A DNA stretch of 61,448 nt, filler included, from Dirinaria sp. TL-2023a (Eukaryota): assembly GCA_051941275.1 (NCBI GenBank). It is 18 parts of 18 records of this genome, joined end to end, with 100 filler letters (N's around TTAATTAATTAA, not from the genome) between each part and the next. Parts side by side here need not be neighbours in the genome. Positions count along the whole stretch, not along the records: positions 1 to 3,363 come from JAVEBF010002061.1; positions 3,464 to 6,826 come from JAVEBF010002062.1; positions 6,927 to 10,284 come from JAVEBF010002063.1; positions 10,385 to 13,742 come from JAVEBF010002064.1; 14 more parts are not named here. One strand, given 5' to 3'. Below are positions 1-11,813 of the stretch, piece by piece (within the stretch, counting starts at the first letter, position 1; each line of letters starts with the position of its first letter). Under the pieces are notes generated by a model, which did not search any database, was not told the origin of the DNA, and saw only the letters and a program-made list of their open reading frames with translations. Position numbers and translations under genes: made by a program.

Positions 1-1
1 G

Positions 2-1903
2 AGCAAGATTGAAGTCAGAACAGCCTACGATACCCTAATACAAATGGGTGAGAGACCAACTCGTCCGATCCGATGCAATCCGCGCTGAAGGCAAGTCATA
101 GTCGATGAAGAGCTTTGTTACGAAGATTTTGAAAAAATCGAGATACTCTTCTACGATGGCTCTAAACCAGATGGGCTTCTTGAGCTGACGGAGACTGGTT
201 TTATTGCAATGCACTGGGCTAAGGAAGCCCGGCAGTTCGAAGCAGAGTTACGACGATGGCAGAAATTTCTCGATGCCCAGCAATGGAGACGTGAGCATCG
301 GCCGGAATTTGCAAGAGAAGAGGAGATGAAGCGGCAGCGATATCCGCACGATCCACACCTCACAGCAAGCCTGAAGAAGCTGAAGAACTGGAAGAAGTAT
401 CAAGTCTATTTTCAAAAGGGCATCGACCGATTTAAGAAGATAATCGAAGAGGCCCGACGAGCGGTGAAGACAATACAGCGGAAAGATCCCGAAGTGATCG
501 CGAACAAGGGAAAAGTCCGTGAGTATAACGACGAGAACTGACTACATTTTATAGAAACCAAGCGCGAACGGCTCGCCGCCGAAGAGAAACGATTGAAATG
601 AGCCAAGCAGCAGCTTCCAGCGGTTCTCTCCGAATGCGCTGCATCATTGACGGGACAGCCAACATCTCGTCGTGAGATGGAGAAGAGAAGCGAGCTCAAA
701 GCCAAAGAAGCCTTCAATGCTCTTGTAGACACAGACGAGAGACCGACTCGTCCGACCCGACCGATGTCTGACAATCAGGAGCGCGACCACACGGACGAAC
801 ATCTTCACGTCCTCTGCCACTGACAGAGTGAATGTAGTCAGTTCGAAGAAGAGTTGAGGGAATGAAAGAAGTTTCTAGACTACAGGCGAAAGAACGAAGC
901 GGACGAAAGAACGAAAGTGCAGCTGAAAGAACAACAGTCCGCAGAGACTACGACTCAGATGAATCTCTGAAAGAACCATCTGGTCTATCAACAACTAGAG
1001 ATCGAGAATGCTAAGCAGTGAGTGGAGTTCTGACAGCGACAAGTGCAAGAATGCCAGGAAACCGAGAATCATTGCGCACAAGAAGAGTGGGTAAATACAG
1101 CATACCGATATCATTCCATAGATGAGGACATGAAATCACATGTGAAGGAAACGCGAAAGCAAGTCCGACCTGCAGAGATGCAGTTGAAATGGGTAGAACA
1201 ACAGCTTTCAGTCCTTGCGGAGCGCGCCGACTTGACGACGAAGATATCAACATCCAATCATCTCAAGAATCAAGTCAAACTACCGAAAAGAACATCGAGA
1301 TCGAGTCAAGCAACACTCAAGAATCTTAGATCTCATCAATCTGACAAATCGGCCCGACGAGGTAATCAGGACAAAAAGAAAAATAGAGCTTCAGCAGATT
1401 CTACACTTGATCCAGTCTATCCATCAATAGTATTAAAAGCTGCTGTAAGAAAAGCACCGAGCCGTCAACGACAGTCCAAGACTCTCGCAGAGCATAGTGA
1501 CGGTCAAAACAAAGGCCCTAACGCAACGATATCACCACTGTTACCTGCCAATTTCGCCCTGCGCAGAAGCAGCCGATTGTCTAATAACGAAAAGAGGTCT
1601 AGTGCATTGAATGCCAGTTTGGCTGTGGATCTGAGTAACAGCACACGTTCTCTACCTATCGTTCTGCGTAGAAGCGATCGACTATCTAAACGGAAAGAAA
1701 GAATGAGAATGTCAATCGCTGATACAGCTGTGAACTCAGTCGTGTTCTCGCAAACAGATTCGTCGCGACGTCTTCCTCGACTCAAACCCAAGATTCACCG
1801 TGCAGACAGCAAATCAGATACGAGTTCAGTCGTAAAACCTCGGGGAATATCAAAGAGACAGAAAAGCAACTTTTCACGAAAAATGATTAGAATCCATAGT
1901 TAA
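2..1903 (+). pseudogene. 5'-truncated pseudogene of an uncharacterised fungal protein with an internal repeat and a basic Ser/Arg-rich tail
   Basis: One frame (that of ORFs 209..541 and 1043..1903) interrupted only by TGA stops at 86, 539, 599, 821, 863, 968, 1019 and 1031, mostly at Trp-like positions. Repeated unit AYDTLIQMGERPTRP...HWAKEARQFEAELRRWQKF versus AFNALVDTDERPTRP...H*QSECSQFEEELRE*KKF. Confidence 0.7.
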
Positions 1904-2400
1904 GGATGATGTTACCGAAAGTCGATTTTGGTTCAAGGCCTACAGTGAGGGGCCAATCTTTGCTAGATAGATAGACCGAGATCAATCAAGCAACGGAGGA
2001 TTCGAATCGAGTGTTCGAACGCCTGTCTCATTTGATCTTCAACCAAAGTAGACTAATTCGGCGAGCTGCTTGCGCTCCTCGTTCTGAGTCGGGTTCAATT
2101 TTGCTAACGAGCGCCTGATAGTGACGTATGAATACTGAATGCCACGAAGAGTTTGAAAGAGACGACTAAGATGTCTAGCGATGATTCGATGTCGACCTTG
2201 TGATGAGATTGTCGTTAAACTCCTCCACAGCTTACATTCACTCCCTTTAGCTTTAATCACAGATATTCAAACATTCGATCATTTTGAAGACAGCAGCTTA
2301 GGATTGTCCGTACTAGACTGAAACTAAATGATCCTGTCGTTATCGTCACCAATCGAGAGTTGAGACTCATAGTCGTCATCGAGAAAGAGTATCCTCAAAC

Positions 2401-3363
2401 CGAATGTTGCAACTGATTTGCGACTCCCAGAATAGTGGCATGTTAAAGCAAATACTTGTCTTGACCACGATCGTGTATCGATCTATCAAGCTTAGTGAAT
2501 TGACATCACTCATTGAAATGCCAAAAGGCGTTGCTGACAGCCCGATCTGACTAGAAGAACTTGTAAAGCATTGCAGCTCTTTCCTTACCATTCGTGAAAG
2601 CACAGTTTATTTTGTTCATCTGTCAGCCAAGGACTTTGTGCTGAAAATTTCGTCGAACAAAGTATTCCCTTCTAGAACGGCGATAACACATTACGACGTC
2701 TATTCGAAGTCAATTGAAGTAACGTCAAAGATACTACGTCGCGACTTGTACGAATTGTGTGCTCCAGGCGTCCACATCAAGCAAGTACAACAAACTAATC
2801 CGAATCCTTTGACCAAAGCAGAATATGCATGTCTTTACTGGGTAGACCATCTGGATGAATGCTCAAAGACTGTTAAGGTCGTTAGAAACGATCTTTTCCA
2901 TGACGGTGCGATTACCCAGTTTTTGAGCAAGCAGTATCTTTACTGGCTCGAGGCATTGAGTCTTCTTCAGAGTGTCTCAAGCAGAGTGCTTTCAATCATC
3001 AAGTTAGAGACAATAATTCAGGTTCGATCTAATTCTATATTTCCATTGACTCTTAATGGATAATCTAAAATAATATTAGAGGCAAGCAAATGCATCTCAA
3101 CTTATTGATCAGATTCCAGATGCTCGCCATTTGTTCTGTAATGCTTCAGCGCTTCTATTCAGCCCGATGAATAGCTTTGTAAAGAGCATTTAATTCAGAA
3201 AAGCCAAAATGGGTTGCGATGAAGATGGGCATGAAGAACGACTGATCGGGCTGCCTTCAAACGCTTCAAGGGCATTCGGGTGGGATTCGAACTGTAGCCT
3301 TCTCGCCGGACGACAGACAGCTGACGTCTGATTTCATCGACAGCACGGTCAGGCTTTGAGACG
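2401..3363 (+). pseudogene. NACHT-WD40 (HET-E/NWD-like fungal NLR) pseudogene fragment: post-NACHT helical region and first WD40 repeat
   Basis: Motifs CSSFLTIRESTVYFVHLSAKDF, YACLYWVDHL, YLYWLEALSLL and N*SGCLQTLQGHSGGIRTVAFSPDDRQLTSDFIDSTVRL*D. In-frame TGA stops. No P-loop found upstream. Confidence 0.85.
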
Positions 3364-3463
3364 NNNNNNNNNNNNNNNNNNNNNNNNNNNNNNNNNNNNN
3401 NNNNNNNTTAATTAATTAANNNNNNNNNNNNNNNNNNNNNNNNNNNNNNNNNNNNNNNNNNNN
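3364..3463. other. Artificial contig-joining spacer (N44-TTAATTAATTAA-N44). The same spacer recurs starting at 6827, 10285, 13743, 17199, 20652, 24084, 27506, 30916, 34325, 37732, 41139, 44545, 47929, 51312, 54693 and 58073
   Basis: Identical 100-bp N-padded linker with stops in all six frames. The flanking segments fall monotonically in length (3363 to 3276 bp), i.e. size-sorted contigs. Confidence 0.98.
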
Positions 3464-3835
3464 GAGATGAAGGTCGATGGCGAAGCGTTCATCATCACTA
3501 ACGATCACCCGTACTACTTCTGGGATTTTACGCACGCAGTCTGGGCTGCCGCGGGGAACAAAACGAAGCCTGAAGAAATATGGGTCCTTCCGCTTTGGGC
3601 AGGCTTGCTGGTCGCAGGCTTCGTCGAGTGGCTCTTTTGGATTGTGTCTTTTGGTTCGAAGGAACCTAGTTTGAATAGGTACAAAATAAGATACAGCACT
3701 ATGACCAGGACTTTTTGTATTGATAAGGCAAAGGCGCGGCTGGGATACAAACCGGTCGTGGGAATGAGTCAGGGGATCAAAGAGGGTGTCAAATGGTTCC
3801 AGGAAAACCAGCAAAACGCCAAGAAGGTCAGATAG
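3464..3835 (+). CDS. ERG26: C-3 sterol dehydrogenase/C-4 decarboxylase (3-beta-HSD family), C-terminal part
   Basis: VDGEAFIITNDHPYYFWDF...STMTRTFCIDKAKARLGYKPVV...GVKWF is typical of the Erg26/NSDHL C-terminus. 5' end cut by the contig edge. Confidence 0.85.
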   Translation, partial: EMKVDGEAFIITNDHPYYFWDFTHAVWAAAGNKTKPEEIWVLPLWAGLLVAGFVEWLFWIVSFGSKEPSLNRYKIRYSTMTRTFCIDKAKARLGYKPVVGMSQGIKEGVKWFQENQQNAKKVR

Positions 3836-4675
3836 AGTTGCTATATTTGCTCTGATGGACCGTGTGCTCGATTTTTCACCTTTTGCAATCGCAAAGGCTT
3901 AGTGCGGCGTTAAAGAAACTCTGAGCTGTCAACTCAATACAGATAATCGTTAGTAGTGCTACAGTCCAGATAAACGCCATCGTTATCTCGCGAGACTTGA
4001 AGCTGGTTTCTTTACGTCGCGAATCGAAACCAGCCTTAATCCAGATTGTAATACTGTAGCCACTCATTGGTTGGATTACCAGCTCCTAATCCGACCAAAG
4101 CAGTAGGAGGAATGCAAGTCCTTACCTTGTGGCCAAGCTCTTCGAATCCTATTCTGCAGATATCCGAAACCTTGTCAAGGGGCGCAGCATGCACACCTGT
4201 AACTGTAAAGCTTGTATGCTGTGCTTGTGCTCACCTGAACACATTACCCACAGGCCGCATGCTGCACTGCACCATGCTACGAGGAATCTCGACACATCCA
4301 GTCGGAACGAGAAAGGCTTTCAAGTTCTGCCTCGGGAATGCAACGGTATGCGCTATCGGGGCTGTATGTTCGCCTTGAAATACGCACGCGTGTCTCGATG
4401 AAGTAGGAGGGGAGTCGAGTCAGTTTTCATCGAGGACGGCTTAACAACGATTCTGCCCGGTATGCGGCAGAGCACACAGTCATAATAGACGACATGTATT
4501 CCCTTCTGTAAGATGTTCGAGAGCATACTTGTTCACGAGCTTCGAGACTTGGACAGAAGGACTTCGTAAACGTCAGAGGAGCAGCTTTGAATCGACGTAT
4601 CAGACCTTCTTCCCTGACCTCTACACTGCGGATTTCATCACACCACTATTATATCTTGCTAGTAGCTTCATTCCA

Positions 4676-6048
4676 ATGGACGTCTCCAACTTTCCAGCTG
4701 GAATCCCGCCGCCGGGGGTGACACCTAACTTCGTCAATCCACCATCTCTTCGCAAGCCTCATATCGTCGTCAACGCTATCCTCCTATCGTTAGCCACGCT
4801 TTTTGTTGCTGTGCGTATATATACGAGGTGGTTTCTCACCAAATTGTTTCTTCGGAATGACTGTATGCTTTCCAGACATGCTAAAATGCAATGTACTGAC
4901 ACATCCAAGATGTGTGCATCCTTGCACTGGTAGGTTGCGCTAGAGCACAGTTCTCGTAGTGCTGGTTGGGCTGACCTTTGTCGACAGCTAGGATCATCTA
5001 CTCATTCTGCTCTAATTATTCATGGTAGACGAATAACATCTTTTGGCGCTAGACTATCGCTGATATCGATGGCAGCTGTAACCCAAAACGCTTTTGGAAG
5101 ACATATGTGGGATATTCCACTCATCAGAATAACACCATCTGTTACCAGAGTAAAAGCACCTCGTTCTCACTTGTCCTGAATTAGTGTCAACAAAATTAAG
5201 ATTTAATAGGCATCTACTGGAATTGCTATCGCCTACGGACCAGTCATATTCCTGGTCAAGCTTTCCATTCTTCTACTTCTTCTCCAGCTTTTCGGTGTCA
5301 AAAAAATCATGAAGTACCTAATTTATTTCGGAATTATATTCCAGGCTCTCTTCTACACAGCCGTGACAGCGTTCGAATCGGCGACTGAAGCCAAATGCGC
5401 TAACAACACCAGTTTAACGGGATATATATGTACACATCAAAGACCTGTTGCTATAACTCAAGGGGTTATCAATGTAGTGACTGATCTATATGTGCTATTC
5501 TTACCACTCGTGCTAGTTTTGCGACTACAACTGTCGCCCCAACGAAAGATTGGCATAACAGCAGTCTTCTTGACAGGTCTACTGTAAGTGCACCAATTGA
5601 GCCCGAGACGAGGTCTAACGAATGGACAAGAGCGGTAGCAGCCAGCTTGGCTCGTATGATATTGGTTATCCGTACCAGCCTCAGTACCGACGTGCTCTGG
5701 AATGCGGCTCTCGACGCGATTCTCAGGTGAATAGGCTGTGCGCAGTCTATGCTCGTGGCCAAGCTGACGTCTTCTAGCTGCTGCGAAATGAACATTGGTA
5801 TCATTTGTGCTTGTATGCCTGTGATGCCGACATTTTTCAAGCACCACAAGATGGGAATACATAGCCTCAGATCACTCCGAAGCCGTCTGTTTGGTAGAAA
5901 ATCCACAGACGCGACGGACTCGACGGGCAAGAAGTATCCTAAGCTCAAGTCATTCCACGGCATTAGCCTGCATCTTACCAAACCCACTCTCAGCATGAAG
6001 GACGAAGAGTATTCAGAATTGACGGAGATGAAGAGGGAGGCGAGATAA
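4676..6048 (+). CDS. PTH11-like (fungal rhodopsin domain) integral membrane protein, CFEM-less, multi-exon
   Basis: PPPGVTPNFVNPPS, VAVRIYTR, FGRHMWDIP, NVVTDLYVLFLPL..V.RLQL...RKIGI..VF.TG and EMNIGIICACMP. Several GT-AG introns; stop TAA at 6048. Confidence 0.9.
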
Positions 6049-6746
6049 ATCTACCAAATCGTACGCACAGACTGGACCGGAAGATCTTTTCGCGATGCGG
6101 TGCAGTTATTGAACCGTGTGGTGGAGTCACTGCATGGATTGACTACCTTAGGAGAAATTCTACGGGGATAAAGTACTGTATGTAATCTTACAGTACAGTA
6201 CATCTTTACGTAGGATCGGGGTTTGCGGAGTCTATTCGTAATCGGGCCTAGCTCCTTGTTTCTCCCAGCATATGGCGGGGGAAAATGCCTCCCTACAGAA
6301 GTATATGGTGAGGTGGCATGCAGCATAGGTACCGCACTCATTTCTCAGCTGCGATTCGAATCATACTGTACTTATTATATTGATGGACAGCCACGAAAGC
6401 CCAAAACTTGTACCCTTATGTGATAAGCTAAGCCACTAGTGAAAAGCTCCTGATATAGAGATTCATACACAGTGGGCACCGACAGCAAAGCATTAACAAC
6501 GCCTTGGGATAAGTAGCATCCTGCAAGCGCTTGCTTTGCAGTTTACATATCGTTGCATGATCACATTCTTGCCGAGGTTCTGCCTTCCCGAGTTTTGAAG
6601 GCCTTCAAATACCTTGTGAGCCCCTGAGATATGCTTGCCCATAAGTGCAACCTGGCCCTTCGGAAGAAAGTTGGCCTCTACTAGAAGAACCCGACGCTCA
6701 TTCATTTTTCACTTCAGACCTACAGCTTCATACTCCCAGTCCCACA

Positions 6747-6800
6747 ATGGTATTGAATCTTCCGCAGCACAACGGTCTCTTACCCCTGTGGCTTATCGTC
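6747..6800 (+). CDS. ERG28: Probable first exon of ergosterol biosynthesis scaffold protein Erg28
   Basis: MVLNLPQHNGLLPLWLIV resembles the LPQH.GLLP.WL N-terminus of Pezizomycotina Erg28 and is followed by a GT donor. Only 18 codons are visible. Confidence 0.55.
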
Positions 6801-7309
6801 GTTAGACCCCCCCCCTTTCTTTGCGCNNNNNNNNNNNNNNNNNNNNNNNNNNNNNNNNNNNNNNNNNNNNTTAATTAATTAANNNNNNNNNNNNNNNNNN
6901 NNNNNNNNNNNNNNNNNNNNNNNNNNGGCACGGGGAGTTGTATGTATGGTGTTATGTATGTATTTATATGGAGTTTTTTGGAGCTTGTGCTTCATGTGTA
7001 GAAAAGAAGGGGGAAAAGGGATGTGAATATTTAAGAAAAAAATCTACTTTTGGGGTCACGGGAAGAAACATGCTGTGTCCACTGTGCCTCTAGTTTTAGC
7101 CTCAGGAGGCTCAATGCTTCTCGATCTCATTGATGTCACTCAGAAGTGGTACTGGCCCACGACAAATCAGGGTTGATAATCTAGGCTTCATGTATTCCTG
7201 GGTCAACAAGGTCATCACTCTTTTTCCTTGTCGATGAATGGGTTGGTAGATGATATCCCTCCACTGCAAGCTTCTTCTTCTCTAATGTCCCTTGATACTT
7301 AAAAGTGCC

Positions 7310-8323
7310 CTATGCCGTCTCTCCCGAGTGACTAGCGCTATCAGGGGTAGAGGGTCCTGAGCCCGATGAGAATGACTCGTCAGTCACTAGGAGATCGTTG
7401 TCGAAAGGGGGGATGTGGTTTGCAAATTTCATCGTGTCCAAGATCCCCTGGCCTATCTCTGCCAAGCGCTCAAGGCTGGCATTAATTTCCACCAGACAAC
7501 CTACCACGGTAGATGGGGTCTCATTGTCTCGGCGCCATTTCGTGATGGCCCGAAGGACCTTTTGGGACTTCTGGCGAAGCATACGGTGATTTGTCCCTAT
7601 TTCCCCTCGCCGAACCTTCTGAGCGAGGTCAAGAACAGCGTCGACCTTCTTGCGGTATTTTCGTGGAACCTTTTCACACTGTCCACATCGATGAGCCACT
7701 GATGATCACCCTGGATGAGTCGCTTACCTTGCGGCTCGCTGATACGCAATGAGAAAACCGTCCGTTTCGTGGTTTGGCGCACTATAACGCATGAGTACTG
7801 CTGTCAAAGTGGGTTCGCTACATACCGCAACAAAGGAACTCTGCTTGAGATGGTCCAGGCACCTCAGGCAAATTGAGTACTTAGCCATTCCGCTCGTAAT
7901 TGCGGGTGGTGCAGGACGCTACGAAATTAGTATACTCGTAGCATAAGAATAGTATCGACTTACGTCTGAAGAACTAGAATCAAGGATGATGGGCTCAAGC
8001 CGCTGCGAAAGTTAGTATCAGCTTAGCATACGAAAAGGATGGACGTACGTCCGACCGTGACCGGACAAAGGGACCACGCCGCTGCGAAATTCAGTATCCT
8101 CCTAGCATAAGAATAGTATCGACCTACATCTGGAGAATGACGATCGCTTTCTCCTGGGCTCACTTTAGTCAAAATCACCAAGTAGGTCGAAATAAGCCCC
8201 CAAGCCTAACGGTAAGTGGAATATGGAGACTCACCAGTAGTCCTCTTGCTATCATCCAGACGTTGTCAGCAGTACACATTCAAAGTAGGGCGTACAGGTG
8301 TCCTACCGTTTCGCCATGCTCAT
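7310..8323 (-). CDS. Multi-micro-exon gene for a small basic protein with a degenerate Zn(II)2Cys6-like cluster
   Basis: Manual splice model with 7 introns keeps one frame: MSMAKRKRTTVSPGESDRHSPD-RRGPFVRSRSD-RLEPIILDSSSSD-RPAPPAITSGMAKYSICLRCLDHLKQSSFVA-CAKPRNGRFSHCVSASRK-CEKVPRKY..., running into ORF 7310..7699. One acceptor is an uncommon AAG. Confidence 0.6.
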
Positions 8324-10384
8324 CTTGCAGAGGAAGAAGTGAGATGGAAGGTGAGGGTGATAAATATCACCAGTGCGCCTACGAGCACTAACCTAATTGG
8401 GTTCAACGCGACCGGGAAGGATAATATTCACTACTGCATGTGACTAGGGACTCAAAAAACGCTTCAGTAGCCGCGACAAGTAATAGTAGAAGGACAGTCG
8501 TTAGCTACTACCCACTCCCTAGTGCCTGCAATCGACCAATCCGCACGCGTTCAAATTTTCCGTGCCATAGTCTGACGACAACGAGCACTTTCGGAAGGCA
8601 AAACATAGAGATCGTGTGCCATGATGCTCAATTCCGCCTACAAATCAGGAGAAAGACCCACTGCTCGGGTACGCAACGCTAGATACTGGTCCATTGCGAT
8701 GGCTGACACTGTTTATCAGTGATCTGCAAATTCAGTCCGAGGTAACGACGTAGCAGCGACCGGTAAAACATGCTGATACGCCGGAGGAGACCTGGAGTAG
8801 GTTTGTGATGCTACTCAATCTTTATACAGCATGACGAAGCTGCAAGCGAGGGAGCCAGTTATGGCCCCTGCCAATCAGACAGTATCCTACGCGTGGCGGA
8901 CCTAAAGTAGCGCACACGAGGCAGTGCACCACCTTACCCCTTATCCCTTATGATGAGCTGCAAGGCATGGAGGATTCTGTTTCCTACTGTGAATTTCAGT
9001 TCCAGCATGAACATCCAAATAATCGGGCGCCCGGCCGAGGCGCCGTAAAATCCATCATGTCCAGCGAAAGCAGATCATCAGGTTTAGACGTGACTGGTGA
9101 CCTTCGAACACAAGCCTTGATAGTGCTTTCGGAAATTACCGCCTCACAGACCGTCGCGCGTGGCTTGCACTTCTAGCCAGCCTCTCTAAAGACCATAGCG
9201 GGAATGAAAGAGACCTTCGATTATCTGGCAATTAGGATGATATGCATCGTTGAAGGTTGTGGCGTTCAAGGATTTGATCTCTTATCTATTAGTATCGTCG
9301 AGGCTTGATAATTTCCTCGCTCGCCTTTCCTTGTTGAGATGCTGATGGAGACAACAGAAGCAGATGCGGCAACACAACAGCCTAAGATTTAAATCAGGAG
9401 ATGTATGAGCCGGCTTACTACCAAAATACATGTCTAGCAGAAGATTGCCAAATCAAACACTGCTTCGGAATTTAGGCGGTCAATAAGTGCCTCGAGCTCT
9501 AGAAAAGACATATCCGCGAACAGCAAACCTTGATCGACTACCCAAAAAAAAAAAAAAAAAAAGCCAAATACTATTGCAAACCCATAGCGAGAACACAAAA
9601 GCAATAGAGCAAAATGAAACAATAGACATACATACGAGAAAAGTTGTACTAGCGCTGCCACTTACTTTACCTCCTCCCACCGATCTACTCATTTTGCACC
9701 GGGACCTACCTTCCCCAAATGCTCTACTTTTTCCACTTTTTCATGCCGGCTAACTTACACATACGCCTCAAAGTCCCCGGCAAAAACACAACAACGTCGT
9801 TATCTGATGGCAGACAGCTGGCTTTTTCACACAGATTCTGTGTTCCGAGCGGGACGTCCATATAGAAGCCAAGGTAATGCCAGCGGCCTTTTCATGTCGT
9901 TAGTGAAGATGGTGTAGACTGTAATAGATATATTATGACAAATTTCCAAATGACGAAGTAGTCTCGGGCATTATGAGAAGATGAGAAGTTCGTAGGGAGG
10001 TATCTAGAGATTAAGATATCTAGGTACACCTATCCGGAATTATACCTGCGTTAGGATGCATTATTATTGCAAATACGCGAGGGACCAGCTTCCCATAGGC
10101 AGATCTCGGCACGAAGCTCCGAGTAGGTCTCGCCGGTCACTCCGGGAATCTAATCTTATCAGATCTGTCCCTCACCAATCGACGTCATTCAACATCAATA
10201 TCAATCCCACCTACATTCAAAATTGATCTCCTTCTCGGAATCCATTGCCACCTACATATCCCATCTTTTCCTCCATCTCAATCCNNNNNNNNNNNNNNNN
10301 NNNNNNNNNNNNNNNNNNNNNNNNNNNNTTAATTAATTAANNNNNNNNNNNNNNNNNNNNNNNNNNNNNNNNNNNNNNNNNNNN

Positions 10385-11077
10385 ATATCAAATACATTAA
10401 TACAAAAGATCGTTTACAAACGACGAAAACGAAAAATATAACAGACATCATGAAGAACGTATTGAATCTGATGAAAAAAAAAAACGCAGAGATCTCACAA
10501 ACGATCATGAAAAAACAAACGAATAAAAATAAAAAGAAAATATTTTATAACGTTAAGAACATGATATTTTTATCGAGTAAAAACATTGTCATCGATAAAT
10601 TTTTAAAAAAAATTGAAAATAAAATGCTAGAATCTTTCTCGATAATCAAAATCATAAAAATTTTTTATGAGCTTCAACTCTCTGATATTATGAGAATACA
10701 CAATGTATTTCACTCGAATCTGTTGCGCAAAGATTTCGAAAACTCTTTATCGAGTCAAATACAAAAATCTCTCGACAAAATCGTTATCAACGAAAACGAT
10801 GAATAAGAGCTGATCGATATAATCAGCTCGCGCTGACATTATGAGAGACTACAACATCGTTGTCGATGAATAAAAAAAAAGAGTAAAGATATAATATGAT
10901 ACGATATCGATAATGACGAGTTCATGCATGCGAAAAACATCACTCAGAATTATCATCATCGATATCTCGACAAAACGAAAAACGTCAACAATAATAAAGT
11001 TTCGCAAAGACGTCATCGACGTCATGATTAAAACATACACGCGATGAGAACATCGTTTTCTTAAGAGATAGAGATAA
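10385..11077 (+). mobile_element. Ty3/Gypsy chromovirus 3' end (integrase C-terminus, chromodomain, polypurine tract), heavily mutated
   Basis: LESF...YELQLSDIMRIHNVFHSNLL (degenerate GPF/GPY-type region), then DE*ELIDIISSR*HYERLQHRCR* (chromodomain). Purine tract aagagatagagataa lies directly before the LTR. Confidence 0.85.
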
Positions 11078-11326
11078 TGTTACGAGTCTAATTCTCACTG
11101 TTGTTACTCGAGTCATTTTTTACAAAATTTTTGTATGTGATGTTGAGTTTTGATCTGATCGAGATTAACGCATTCGAAATGATGATCGATTCGATCGATC
11201 AGGGTTCAACGCTTACACATTTATAATATGTCTGATTTCAGTTTATAAATTTCTTTTCTTCTTCATGTTTTGTGTATTTAGTTGATAACATCTGCATAGA
11301 TTATACTTTCTACATCGATTCTGACA
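11078..11326 (+). mobile_element. 3' LTR (249 bp) of the chromovirus
   Basis: Starts TGTTACG right after the purine tract and ends CTGACA. Its last ~60 bp recur inverted at 11754..11813. Confidence 0.7.
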
Positions 11327-11753
11327 ATAATCTCGATGTAATCGTAATAATATTTGATCGTCTGTTTTCAAAAACATGCTCTGATGTTTAAAATTATAAA
11401 TTCTAGCTGTCTGTGTTTGTGCGAAAACTATGATATTCGCAACGACTATTCGAGTGATCACGAAAATGAGTTTCACGTCAGATGATTTCGTAAATTCTAA
11501 TAAATCGATCGATTGCACGAGAGTGAATTCATAAACAACTTCATTAAAAATATGCTCAATCGTTGTAAATCGATCATTGTTTATATCTCGTTATATACGT
11601 GATAAAATCATAAATTATTACGTGTGATTTATCAAATCGATCAAATAAAATGTTAAAATTATTTCAATCGTTTAATTCGTACGCTCATTTTGATCGTCGA
11701 TCTGCGAGTGATAAATCGTGATATACATAAACTTGATGTCTAAACGATTGAAG
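11327..11753 (-). mobile_element. Integrase fragment of a second, older Gypsy-type element (host of the insertions)
   Basis: ANIIVFAQTQTARIYNFKHQSMFLKTDDQILLRLHRDY matches the A.AFAQ...K..YD.KH.P..L..GD.V.LRLH.GY integrase C-terminal pattern. It is cut exactly at the LTR end. Confidence 0.7.
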
Positions 11754-11813
11754 TGTCAGAACCGATGCAGAAGATATGATCTATGCAGATATTATCAACT
11801 AAATACACAAAGC
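11754..11813 (-). mobile_element. Truncated LTR end of the same family as 11078..11326, in opposite orientation
   Basis: TGTCAGAACCGATGCAGAAGATATGATCTATGCAGATATTATCAACTAAATACACAAAGC aligns with the reverse complement of 11267..11326, with mostly transition differences. Confidence 0.75.

Noticed and set aside
2..1903. Alternative genetic code (TGA = Trp) or A-to-I stop-codon editing explaining the TGA stops here and at 56625-58072
   Set aside because: The same regions show Pro-to-Ser and Gly-to-Asp/Glu damage in conserved motifs. Intact genes use TGG for Trp and TGA as stop (FAB1, kinase). Eight or nine stops per gene is implausible for editing.
3364..3463. Regularly spaced TTAATTAATTAA repeats as a CRISPR-like or biological repeat
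   Set aside because: Always embedded in fixed N padding between size-sorted contigs: an artificial six-frame-stop linker.
8400..10284. Short ORFs and a poly-A tract in contig 3
   Set aside because: No domain, splice or codon evidence; treated as intergenic.
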